A stretch of 64,000 bases of DNA. Source: Octopus bimaculoides. Taxonomy: Eukaryota. A program made the translations under genes and the position numbers. How positions within the stretch are numbered: position 1 is the first letter of the stretch; each line of letters starts with the position of its first letter. Positions 51,459-64,000 of this stretch are shown piece by piece. The stretch spans positions 26,607,634 to 26,671,633 of the forward strand of contig NC_068983.1 in NCBI RefSeq assembly GCF_001194135.2. The letters are read 5' to 3'. Below the pieces are notes generated by a model. That model saw only the letters and a list, made by a program, of their open reading frames with translations. It did not search any database and was not told the DNA's origin.

Positions 51459-52455
51459 CACCGGTTTATTTTTCTATTTCTCAGTTTTTCTGTCCGTCTA
51501 TGTTTGTGACTGTCTATCTATGTATAACTCTCTATCTATCTTTTAATCTATTTTTAGTACAATTTCAATATATGTGAATTATTAAAAAAGAGTTTTCAAA
51601 TCGGAAAAATCGATAGAGTAATATATAAACGAAAAAGACTTATTTAAATTATAATTGTACACAGGTTTCCATAACTGTGTTTTTGTAATTTCATAAAATG
51701 AATAGCCCTTATTTTCTTTTCAGTTGCAATATTTATTTAAATTTAGGCGGCTGTGGATGGCTATTTAGTGTATGAATTTGCAATATGTTTTTCATAGAAA
51801 CATATGTACTGTAGTAACTTAAATCATTTTTCCTGTAATGTATATATATACACATCGAACGTGTGTGTGTATCGCATTCAGATTCACGGGAACGAAGTGT
51901 TATGGACATATTCTTTTCGTATGTGTAATAGTAATTTTGAATCAATCACTCGTTGTGCACTTCATTCTTTCTTTTGTTTTTCTACTCTTTTTCTATCTTC
52001 AAAGCTCTTTGGCATTCGCAATCTCCAAGTATATATACACAAATCACTTATGTTCTCAATAACCTAGTCACCCCCTAATAGTATACCGTTATCTGCGTTT
52101 CATTTCAATTCCCGTTCTACATCGTCCGATAATCCAATAAACTATCGTCCACTATTATAACATTTAAATTTATATTTCCTTCATATCCCTTCCAATAATT
52201 CTCATTATAGTCTGAGTTCTTTTCAGAGACATTATACACACATTTACAAACAAAAAATAAATCTTGCGTAAGTTCAATGTTTGTACTATAATTACTTCGA
52301 TAAATTGTTCGGTTAAATATAATATTTGAAATGTCAAACAGTACTATGATATCTTTAGAGAATTGTGAACAATGTGACACAAATGACTTGACTTCAGACA
52401 ATATATTCATGTAGTAATCAGAGATTTTCGATTTGTATCAAAGGTGTCGAATTTG

Positions 52456-52832
52456 TATTACCTCCGCCTTAGCGAAGGCGGAAGTATTGTTTCAGTCATA
52501 TTAGCTTGTTTGTTTCTGTATTTGTCCGTGGACAAGATATCTCAAGAATCACTGGATGGATTCGGATGAAACTTTCAGGGATGCTTAGCCTCGTGTCAGG
52601 TACGAACTGATTAGATTTTGGGATCAATCCAGAACCGACAAGGATTCTGAATTATATTTTTGTGTTTTTTTTTACCTAATTTTTGAGAGTGGTTGTTTTC
52701 ATTTTTAGTACGGTTGTGAGAGCAGTCGAGTTTATTTCTGATATACTCATTTTAAAAATCATATCTGGCTAATCGTTGAGAAGACGCTGGTGTTGCCTTG
52801 ACGGAGGTTTGCGTTCTCTGAGTGCTCTTGTT
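52456..52832 (+). mobile_element. Non-autonomous Helentron-type (DINE-1/HINE-like) element
   Basis: 5' TATTACCTCCGCC with adjacent inverted copy (CCGCCT-TAGCGA-AGGCGG), a (GTTT)-type short repeat, core GGATGGATTCGGATGAAACTT, and 3' subterminal inverted repeat GACGGAGGT followed by TTGCGTTCTCTGAGTGCTCTTGTT. Ends in T-rich sites with no TSD. Confidence 0.7.
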
Positions 52833-53010
52833 ATTATTATTTAAAAACAAAAATGAATGCTTGAGCTAACTTTAAGTCTAAACACAGTGTTTATTGATAA
52901 TTTTAGTTTTAAGAAACATTGTGCATAGTCCTTTGATTTTGCAGTGTTAGGTTTCACGTGTAACAAATGTTTTAAGAATAAATATTTTATAAATAATCTA
53001 GAAATAAAAT

Positions 53011-53170
53011 GCGTGCAGGCATGGCGCTGTGGTAAGAAGTTTGTTTCCCAACCGTATAGTTCCTGGTTCAGTCGCACTGCGTTTAACGTTGAGCAAATGT
53101 GCCTCGGGTGTCAAAAGCCTTGTGAGGTGATTTGGTAGACGAAAACTGAAAGAAGTCTGTTGTACATATA
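53011..53170 (+). mobile_element. SINE family D 5' half
   Basis: GCAGGCATGGCGCTGTGGTAAGAAGTTTGTTTCCCAACC...GGTTCAGTCGCACTGCG...AAAGCCTTGTGAG...GGTAGACGAAAACTGAAAGAAG. Confidence 0.75.
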
Positions 53171-54122
53171 TATATATATATATTTATATCTATGTTGTCC
53201 GTAGTCTAATATTTAAATCAAAATGAGACTGCATTTACAAATAGCAAGCTTTATTGTAGGATCAGGTGAAATGTGAAAAACTATAAATTTTAAAGTCAAC
53301 AGCTTATAAAATTATAATTATTTCTGAAGATTGAACCCTGGAAAAGTGTGGTAGGAAGTAAGTTACCAATAAGAGCATGAGAAACAAGAAAAGTGCTTCA
53401 ATATAATATATATGAAGAAATTAAAAGAAAACAATTATAGACAACTGAATTAAGAAAGAAAAAAAGGAACCGAACAAGGAATAATAAGCTGATTAGGGCT
53501 AACAGGGACGGCCAAAACAGATGTTTAATGATAGTAGTGTGACCAGGAGCGGGTATTTAATATATAAAAGTTATAAGGGTCCAAACTGGACGACTGGACG
53601 GACGCACATCATAAGGTGGAGGACATAATTATAACGTGATGGTTAATAGGGGCAAGAAAACGTTTTATGCGCTCGTGGGGGGATAGCTGTGTAAAATAAT
53701 AAACGGATACATTTATTTTATGGTATGGAAATTTCATTCTTTTTTTCCTATATCCGAAATATAATCTTAAATGTGGCCACTCATTCACATAGATTTTTTT
53801 TAAAACCAACTTGCAGATGCAAGAGCAACCAGTTTGAAGCCTCACAAAGCACATACCATCAAGGTGATTGTGTCATTAGGGAAGAACGTGTTCTACTTCG
53901 AGGCCCTTCTCTCGATTACACTATTGCACACCGGCCATCCTCCCCGACACAAAGCCCAGCTTGCTAGATCAACTGCTTGCTAGGTTTCGCTCAATATTCT
54001 TCTAGCCATTGTTCATCCTCTCTTTTGAATGAAATCCAGTGACGTCCCTTCTCCACTGTATTCAGAATATCATTTATGATAGTATTTGCTTCAGATTGCC
54101 ACACAGACACACAGAGACAGCC

Positions 54123-54123
<1 letters not shown>

Positions 54124-54163
<40 letters not shown>

Positions 54164-54173
54164 ATATGCATAT

Positions 54174-54247
<74 letters not shown>
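54124..54247. repeat. Compound (CA)n/(TA)n microsatellite
   Basis: Direct reading. Confidence 0.95.
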
Positions 54248-54252
<5 letters not shown>

Positions 54253-57200
54253 TATACGTATCTATATAGTACATACACAAGATACCTATATTTGTTATTG
54301 TAACAGACAGTATTGTCCTAACAATAATTACCAATTACCCGTTACTTATTTAACGTAAAAAACACATTCTACGTCATTGATATTTAGCTTGCTTTGTGGA
54401 CGAATCGTGTGATCCTGCATCAAAAGGCTTCTTCCTTCGTCTTTATGACTTCATTATTCATATGTTCACCTTTGACTTACTGTTTCCGATTTCAATAACG
54501 TATTTTCCGGTGGGTTAATAATAACCATTAAACTGACCATATCATTCTTACCACAACTGCAATTCCTGTGATTATGTGTTCTTTGGGAATCGTCATATTT
54601 ACTCAACATGATGTGTTTCTCTATATTGACACAAACATATGAATCACACAATATTAGTTGAGTTATCAAACAGCAAATGTTTTCCAGCTCACCTTTGGCT
54701 CAAATGCTGTTGTTAGTAAAAGAAAAGTAAACACGTAAAGTATTGAAAGAAAAATAAAATATCTTAAAATATATGAAGTGAAATATGAATGACAATAATT
54801 TAGACCTGGCTGCATCCAGTATATTCATGTAACCTCAAACAACAGGCAGTCATAAGAAGATAAAGATTAGTAATAATCACAAGCATATGCAAGGATTTTA
54901 ACATTGTGAACCACTTAATGTGGTTCATTGATCTGTTACACCAAACACGATCAATATTAGCATGACATTTTATGAAAAAATTATGAACACTGACAAAAGC
55001 TGGCTCACGAAGAATAAACTCTACTGATCAGGTGTGAAAACCAAAATAAGTTTTTCGTTGTCAAATTGACTAATAACATATACTGAGTATTAAGATTTTT
55101 TCTCTCTGAAATTTATTTCATATTTGTTGGAATTATTTCCGGTTTTCATTGAGTGACGCTAACAACAGTTTCAAGTTCTTCATTTGCATCCTCGATGAGA
55201 AAAGTTACGGGTAGACGATTTAGTACAAGCCTACGTATATTACGTACTATTATCACACTATTAAATGACTCGGTATACCAATGAAAGAGCACAACATATC
55301 TATGTGTCTGTATGCGTGTGTTATTGTGTCTATGCGTGTTAAAAATCGTACAATAAAATCTATACAGGTACAAAATAATGATACGTGTATTTGTGAAACG
55401 TATGAACAAAATCTGGTCGTGTGTATATGAATACTTTTAAGTATCCTTATATATATATATATACATATATATATAAATATATATATATATATNNNNNNNN
55501 NNNNNNNNNNNNNNNNNNNNNNNNNNNNNNNNNNNNNNNNNNNNNNNNNNNNNNNNNNNNNNNNNNNNNNNNNNNNNNNNNNNNNNNNNNNNNNNNNNNN
55601 NNNNNNNNNNNNNNNNNNNNNNNNNNNNNNNNNNNNNNNATACACACATATATGTATATCATGACCTATATTTTAGAGACAGTCTCACAAAACATTTATT
55701 TGAACAAAATAATGTGCAATGGCCTAGAAACAATGTTGCAATTTAATAAAGTGCATAATAATGTATATATATTAGGGAAGAATTACCGAGGTGTTCTTAC
55801 GTAAGCAAAGAAAATATACGTGTAATGAGGTGCATGGCAGAAATATAACCCAATAATGTGTAAATGCCAATTACGCCTTTACACAAATCGACAATACATT
55901 CCGATTAACGGTCATATTGGTTAATGCGTCTTCCGTAACAAGAATACAAAAATAAAAAAAAACTGTCGATAGTTTATTTATTTCGTTGAAAGATACACCA
56001 ATGGAGTATACAACTTCCTTTCAAACTTGCTCATTTTTTATTCATATTAACAAATACAGTACCATTATATATGAAAACGGCAGCAACAAGAAAGTTTATG
56101 GGATTCTATAAATCGAAATCAAAGGAAATGCAAACACTAACGTGTCGTATCTGCGGAAAAAATATAAAAGTAGAATTGTACGTATATTATCCTTTCAGAA
56201 GTAGAGAGAGAAAAAAGCGCAACCAGTCTATGTGTTTTTCTATTCTGTTGATAGAAGAGAAAAGCCATAAAAAATATATTATACAATTTAAGTTATCATA
56301 GTCGTAGAAAATTCCCATTATATAACATAAGAATTTATTCGGATATATTATGCAAAAAATTTAAGCAACAATAATAAAAGCTTCAAATTTCTTGAGCTAT
56401 GAGCAGAAATCGTATGCAATGTTGCTTCAAAGCCAAGTACACCGTACGTATGTATATATAGGTCCATACATACACAGTATATATGGAGGTGTATTCATAT
56501 GTATATATATTATATGTATAGAGAGAGAGAGCGACAGAGAGAGAAAAAATAGTCAGGAGTAGAAAGATTTATACACATACAAGGTAATATATATATGTGT
56601 GTGTGTGTGTGTGTGTATGCATTTATGTATGTATGTATGTACGTATGNNNNNNNNNNNNNNNNNNNNNNNNNNNNNNNNNNNNNNNNNNNNNNNNNNNNN
56701 NNNNNNNNNNNNNNNNNNNNNNNNNNNNNNNNNNNNNNNNNNNNNNNNNNNNNNNNNNNNNNNNNNNNNNNNNNNNNNNNNNNNNNNNNNNNNNNNNNNN
56801 NNNNNNNNNNNNNNNNNNNNNNNNNNNNNNNNNNNNNNNNNNNNNNNNNNNNNNNNNNNNNNNNNNNNNNNNNNNNNNNNNNNNNNNNNNNNNNNNNNNN
56901 NNNNNNNNNNNNNNNNNNNNNNNNNNNNNNNNNNNNNNNNNNNNNNNNNNNNNNNNNNNNNNNNNNNNNNNNNNNNNNNNNNNNNNNNNNNNNNNNNNNN
57001 NNNNNNNNNNNNNNNNNNNNNNNNNNNNNNNNNNNNNNNNNNNNNNNNNNNNNNNNNNNNNNNNNNNNNNNNNNNNNNNNNNNNNNNNNNNNNNNNNNNN
57101 NNNNNNNNNNNNNNNNNNNNNNNNNNNNNNNNNNNNNNNNNNNNNNNNNNNNNNNNNNNNNNNNNNNNNNNNNNNNNNNNNNNNNNNNNNNNNNNNNNNN

Positions 57201-58946
57201 NNNNNNNNNNNNNNNNNNNNNNNNNNNNNNNNNNNNNNNNNNNNNNNNNNNNNNNNNNNNNNNNNNNNNNNNNNNNNNNNNNNNNNNNNNNNNNNNNNNN
57301 NNNNNNNNNNNNNNNNNNNNNNNNNNNNNNNNNNNNNNNNNNNNNNNNNNNNNNNNNNNNNNNNNNNNNNNNNNNNNNNNNNNNNNNNNNNNNNNNNNNN
57401 NNNNNNNNNNNNNNNNNNNNNNNNNNNNNNNNNNNNNNNNNNNNNNNNNNNNNNNNNNNNNNNNNNNNNNNNNNNNNTATATATATATATATATATATGC
57501 GAAGAAGGAGATATATTGATAAGAGAGGGAAGAAAATAGAGACGAAGAAGCATAACATGCACAGATATATAATTGTCAATTACAAAATTACGATTCATAA
57601 AATGTCCCTATAAATCTTAATTTTATACTTATCAAAAAGATCGAAAAAATGGTAGATTTACGACGAAAAGATTCGCAAGAATACAGCGACGAAATCCTAT
57701 ATTGAGATTTGATGGCTTAGCAAAATAGTCTATTGCCACATGTGAACACCTTATAAAATAATCTTTTCACATACAAAAACATGTTTTCATGATATTCTAG
57801 GCCTGATCTGTAAAGCTCATAGAACAATGGACCCGGCTATTATTGTGCATATATTATATATGATATATATGATATATACCCCCCAACACACACCAACACA
57901 CAAACACACACACACACATTTACATTTATAAATATATATACATGTACATCTCCCTCTACCACTCTCTCTCTTCCCTTTAAACCGGCATGGTCACATGCTT
58001 CCGGTCAATAATCCTTTCCTTCCTTGGCTTTCGCCAAGCAACGCACGCACCACTTTGTCCCTCTCGGGTCCGTGCCTCATCGCGTTCATACACACATAAT
58101 TTTTCTCGTCTGGCCGTAAAGCCTTTTCTGTTTGTTTTCCTGTCTTATTTTTTGTCCGCCACTACATTCCTCCATGGCTAGATTTCATTTGCGTATACAA
58201 ATTTAATCTGCGATCCATGGGNNNNNNNNNNNNNNNNNNNNNNNNNNNNNNNNNNNNNNNNNNNNNNNNNNNNNNNNNNNNNNNNNNNNNNNNNNNNNNN
58301 NNNNNNNNNNNNNNNNNNNNNNNNNNNNNNNNNNNNNNNNNNNNNNNNNNNNNNNNNNNNNNNNNNNNNNNNNNNNNNNNNNNNNNNNNNNNNNNNNNNN
58401 NNNNNNNNNNNNNNNNNNNNNNNNNNNNNNNNNNNNNNNNNNNNNNNNNNNNNNNNNNNNNNNNNNNNNNNNNNNNNNNNNNNNNNNNNNNNNNNNNNNN
58501 NNNNNNNNNNNNNNNNNNNNNNNNNNNNNNNNNNNNNNNNNNNNNNNNNNNNNNNNNNNNNNNNNNNNNNNNNNNNNNNNNNNNNNNNNNNNNNNNNNNN
58601 NNNNNNNNNNNNNNNNNNNNNNNNNNNNNNNNNNNNNNNNNNNNNNNNNNNNNNNNNNNNNNNNNNNNNNNNNNNNNNNNNNNNNNNNNNNNNNNNNNNN
58701 NNNNNNNNNNNNNNNNNNNNNNNNNNNNNNNNNNNNNNNNNNNNNNNNNNNNNNNNNNNNNNNNNNNNNNNNNNNNNNNNNNNNNNNNNNNNNNNNNNNN
58801 NNNNNNNNNNNNNNNNNNNNNNNNNNNNNNNNNNNNNNNNNNNNNNNNNNNNNNNNNNNNNNNNNNNNNNNNNNNNNNNNNNNNNNNNNNNNNNNNNNNN
58901 NNNNNNNNNNNNNNNNNNNNNNNNNNNNNNNNNNNNNNNNNNNNNN

Positions 58947-58983
<37 letters not shown>

Positions 58984-59439
58984 ATATATATGTATGTATG
59001 TATGCATGTATGTATGCATGTACGTAACTATATATATATACATATATCTATCACATATTCCACGGCATAGCCTCAAATATCTATGATAGTGAGCCAAAAT
59101 GTTCACCTCACTAAAGTCTTATATTTTACTTTTGCTGTTAACTAAGAATGAGGGATTGTACTGAAGCCTTCGCAGAGCAGACATGACCGACTGCATTCAT
59201 TATTAGAAGTAGAATTTTATTCATATATAGCCACATATACTGATCTCCACACACGTATTAATTAATATTAAAATTTCTTCACAAGGGATACGTGTGTCAT
59301 AGCACCTCAATACGCTGCAAGAGGGAATGAATGCAAAATGTAAATATACATTCATGTGTGAGAGCTTCAGATTTATTATTGTTGTGAGTTTCCAAGACGC
59401 AACGTATTTGAAATATGAATATTGAATTGATACAAATTA

Positions 59440-59440
<1 letters not shown>

Positions 59441-59481
<41 letters not shown>

Positions 59482-59504
59482 GCACGCACACACACACACA
59501 CACA

Positions 59505-59543
<39 letters not shown>
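59441..59543. repeat. (CA)n microsatellite
   Basis: Direct reading. Confidence 0.95.
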
Positions 59544-59549
<6 letters not shown>

Positions 59550-59662
59550 GTATATATATAACAGTATTTTATAGGCTTATACCTTATAGCGATCACGGCG
59601 CAATAACTAAAGAAAATAATCTAATACTAGGGCATATAAACCACCGTCAGAAAACAGTAGGA

Positions 59663-59693
59663 TTTCCCGTACGTATCTTACGCGTACGGGAAA
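59663..59693. repeat. Perfect 11-bp-stem hairpin
   Basis: TTTCCCGTACG-TATCTTACG-CGTACGGGAAA. Confidence 0.9.
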
Positions 59694-59799
59694 AACTATA
59701 TTTTTCTCTCGAGGGTTTATAGGGTATTTCTTTCAGTCATTGCGCAGTTATCCCAATAAGCTTCAAGCTTATAATATACTATTATTATTATCATTATTA

Positions 59800-59845
<46 letters not shown>

Positions 59846-60607
59846 TATTTATAGAATCGTAAAATCGACACTGCTTAACAAAACCATTGCAGTGAAAACA
59901 TATATNNNNNNNNNNNNNNNNNNNNNNNNNNNNNNNNNNNNNNNNNNNNNNNNNNNNNNNNNNNNNNNNNNNNNNNNNNNNNNNNNNNNNNNNNNNNNNN
60001 NNNNNNNNNNNNNNNNNNNNNNNNNNNNNNNNNNNNNNNNNNNNNNNNNNNNNNNNNNNNNNNNNNNNNNNNNNNNNNNNNNNNNNNNNNNNNNNNNNNN
60101 NNNNNNNNNNNNNNNNNNNNNNNNNNNNNNNNNNNNNNNNNNNNNNNNNNNNNNNNNNNNNNNNNNNNNNNNNNNNNNNNNNNNNNNNNNNNNNNNNNNN
60201 NNNNNNNNNNNNNNNNNNNNNNNNNNNNNNNNNNNNNNNNNNNNNNNNNNNNNNNNNNNNNNNNNNNNNNNNNNNNNNNNNNNNNNNNNNNNNNNNNNNN
60301 NNNNNNNNNNNNNNNNNNNNNNNNNNNNNNNNNNNNNNNNNNNNNNNNNNNNNNNNNNNNNNNNNNNNNNNNNNNNNNNNNNNNNNNNNNNNNNNNNNNN
60401 NNNNNNNNNNNNNNNNNNNNNNNNNNNNNNNNNNNNNNNNNNNNNNNNNNNNNNNNNNNNNNNNNNNNNNNNNNNNNNNNNNNNNNNNNNNNNNNNNNNN
60501 NNNNNNNNNNNNNNNNNNNNNNNNNNNNNNNNNNNNNNNNNNNNNNNNNNNNNNNNNNNNNNNNNNNNNNNNNNNNNNNNNNNNNNNNNNNNNNNNNNNN
60601 NNNNNNN

Positions 60608-60687
<80 letters not shown>
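60608..60687. repeat. (GT)n microsatellite next to an N-gap
   Basis: Direct reading after gap 59906-60607. Confidence 0.95.
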
Positions 60688-60688
<1 letters not shown>

Positions 60689-63636
60689 CTGAGCGTGAAG
60701 GTGTGCATGCATGCATGCGTAATTCATATAAGCACATACATTTATGACTCAACATTCAGAAGGCGAAATTTACATTTATTCTGATAATATTTGATATAAA
60801 AATTTCAAAGGGATTACATCGTAAATAAAGCTGAAGTTGAACATAACTTGCAATCGTTATTTAGGATCCCACTCCAGTGTATTAGATCAGTTCTGCGTTC
60901 GAATACCTTTAGGCAAATAGCGAAACATTTTTGGAATAATATAGAATATTCTACTTCACTAAAACACGATTAAGTGAAAAGAAAAAAACGACTGTTTGCA
61001 CAGAATTAATCATATAACATGAACATCAACGCACATACTGACAAACATTTCGAAGTGGTTTGTGCACATGTTCTTATTGATATAACTATAAAATTGTTAA
61101 ATGCTCTAAATGAACAAGTGATAGCATGATATTTCCGTAGTTTATTGAATAATGAACATTTTCTAATAATTATATCTAAAGTAAATATATTTTGTTCCAA
61201 AATTTAACCTTTGAAGCCACATACCACACATTCTTTCATCTCTTACTCTGAAGTCTCCAAACTGCTTTTCTCGATTCCTGCAGTAAATATCGTGCTTACA
61301 ATAACGGCCTAAAGCATAGTGCTAAATGAGCATACACATATTGAGCATGGCCCTTTGGTTTTATTGCCTCTCTAACGTACTTTTTGTCTAGGACGTGGTC
61401 ATTTACACAATATTAAATCGGGAGTGAATGCAGTAGGCGGAAACACCACAATGGGATGTTATGCGTGTGTTTGTGCGCGCGCGCAGACGCGCGCACACGC
61501 ACATACACACACACACACACATATATATGTGAGTATGTAAGTGTGTTTGTGCGCATATGTGATCAGGTGAATGTACGTGTGTGTGCGCTTTTGTATCTCT
61601 TTTCGTTTGTGTTTGCCTCTTAATGTTGTACAACTAACGAACATTTAATGCCACCGGGAAAAGAGAGAAATCATTTTAAAATACTAGATTTGAATGTAAG
61701 AAACCGGGCCGATTTGATCGCCTGAACACTTCAAGAGGTTGTCCAAGCATTGCTGAAGTCTAATTGCAGTAGTAAAAGTGTAACTAATACCAATTAAGTC
61801 GTAAATATTAGTCTTGACGATGCTTTCGCAATATTCCAGTTGCTCACTTGAGAAGACATACATCTGATTCTGAATTGCTCGAAAATACTGACGCATTGAG
61901 CATTTAAGCCCACGTCCACGAATACAGATAGATAGAACACTGAATAGAACACCTCTTTCGACGAGATGGTAGCAGAATCCACAAATAAATCCATTATAAT
62001 GGACTATTGTCTGGTATAGAATCACAGTATAAGTCACAGTTAGGTTTTATGGATTGTACGAAAGACTCTCTGAATCCATGCAAGATGGAAACTACTGAGA
62101 TATTTCAGTGAAGGACAGAAGTAACTGGTGTTCAAAAGTAACTAGTCATCTCAGAATTTTTAGGGTAGCTAAATTAGATTCGATTAATGCAAAGCCAGTA
62201 GTCAGGATAAGAGAATATATAAATCCAGCAGTCTAAGGATTTCAATGAGATGAATGGTTCTAGAACTGACTTTAGACGTCACCAACGCAAACAATCGCAG
62301 AGGCTCCAAACTAAATACAAAGGGAAAATTCTTTACCAAACAGAGCACAATTTATGCGGGAAAGAATTTTCCCATGCTTTGTAAACACTTAGTACGAGTT
62401 CGTAAATCCCTCCATCTGAATACTTGAATATACATCTGCATTCCCATGTATGTACACGTTTCTTACGCTATCCACCTGTGTATACACACCTGACCTATAG
62501 TCGGCTATATTTTCATGTAATACGGGGTTATAGCGGTACTAAGAACAACGATTTACGTGCTGGTAGATTACGAAAGGCGCACACCAGTAGGAAAACAACC
62601 CGACGTATGCACAACGCCTGGATCAATTAACTGGATAATACATCCTGTGCATCATCTACGAATGCGGACCGAATAGGCCTATTAATATACAAGAATGGAT
62701 AGTCTTACATAATGTTTTTCGATAATCTACGTGTGACAGCGAGACATCCGTGCCCTCAATATCTACAAGCAGTGTAATTTAGAAGCGATCAGTTGCCGTA
62801 AGGTAATAATGCGTAGGAATTCGATGATGTGTGTATGTATGATAATCACGCCTAGATATAAACGTATATGCATGTTCCTGAGTACGTTTGTGTGGGTGGA
62901 TGAATCTGTGTGCTGGTATATGCTTACATGTGTGTAGATATTTTGATTGGGCGTTGTATGTTTGAGTGTACGTGAGTGTAAATGATTATGACATGGGATG
63001 TTAGTGCGTGTGAGTCATACAGTGATCATGGAGGATGTATTACATATCATCCACCACAAAACACATATATTATCAGGGAGCTGAACCTTTGAAGCTGGCT
63101 CTATAAGCTTGTCAATGAACTTACCACTTGTTTGCTTTACCTGTGATTTATGACAGTAGCTGCTTGTAAACTAGTCGATATACTTGTCATTAAAATAATA
63201 ATTATTTTTATCATTGTCATTATCGCTGAGGCTAACGTCGTTTTTCTGGCGTATCTGTAGTCGACCGTCAAATATATCAGTGCAAATCATTAGTTTTTCT
63301 TTCTTTTTCTACACTTCCCTGCATTGTATATGCACGGGAATAACTGTGAGCGTAGGAAAGGTCGTGCTTCTGGCATCTCTATCTTCAAATTACAAACAGC
63401 TACTATACTCTAACTGTGTACCGCCACTTGATCGCTGCCGATAATTTCCAAGACTGTATGTGTTATATAAATTATAACACTGGATATGATTTCTCTATAT
63501 TTTGATGGTCTGAATTGACTCGAATATTGCATATTTACCAAACCCATGATCTGATGTCCTGTTTACGCTCTATAATTAAGGATTTTGGAACCCAGTATTG
63601 ACTGTAAATTCTTGGTTACAGGTCGCTTTACAATGC

Positions 63637-63669
<33 letters not shown>

Positions 63670-64000
63670 CAGTGTATATCCTGTCCCTATTTTTTTTTTC
63701 AAATAGAAAAAATTAAACAAATAGAACAAGGGGAGTCAGTATGGTTTAAGAGTTACACAAGAGGTGACAGAAGGCGTAACGAGAGAGCTTTGATGATGAA
63801 AAAAAAGACAATAATACTAACAGAGCTGAATTGAAGAGTAAATATATAGTATGTTGCGTGTTCGATTGGCAAATATTATCATCCAGAATCATGAAAATAT
63901 GTATATACATGTACGTATGTATGTATGTATGTATGTATGTATGTATGCATGAATGAATGTATGTCTGAATACACACACACACACTCACACACACACATAC

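Noticed and set aside
57950-58221. Locally GC/CpG-richer unique segment as a promoter or first exon (similar at 6560-6650 and 11160-11270)
   Set aside because: Composition alone is not evidence; no TSS data and no linked coding exon.

Overview
AT-rich, gene-poor eukaryotic scaffold with ten N-gaps (about 3.3 kb in total) and dense microsatellites. The repeat families resemble octopus/cephalopod repeats as I remember them (inference, not a database result). No intact protein-coding gene, rRNA, true tRNA or CRISPR array can be supported. Most listed ORFs are microsatellite, gap or antisense artefacts; a few are relics of the transposons below. Supported content: several tRNA-derived SINE families; a 5'-truncated RTE LINE; many R4/Dong-type (restriction-like endonuclease) LINE fragments; three IS630-Tc1-mariner relics (mariner, DD37D/maT, another DDxD type); a Helentron-like non-autonomous element; and four termini of a Penelope-like element (PLE). 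The most interesting signal is the PLE 3' module: GIY-YIG relic, then a tRNA-like Pol III A/B-box cassette, a (TAA)n linker and a minimal type I hammerhead ribozyme. Two copies keep an intact hammerhead core (29813-29858, 42857-42902). One insertion is a head-to-head inverted composite flanked by a 15-bp target-site duplication. A few isolated exon candidates are reported at low confidence.
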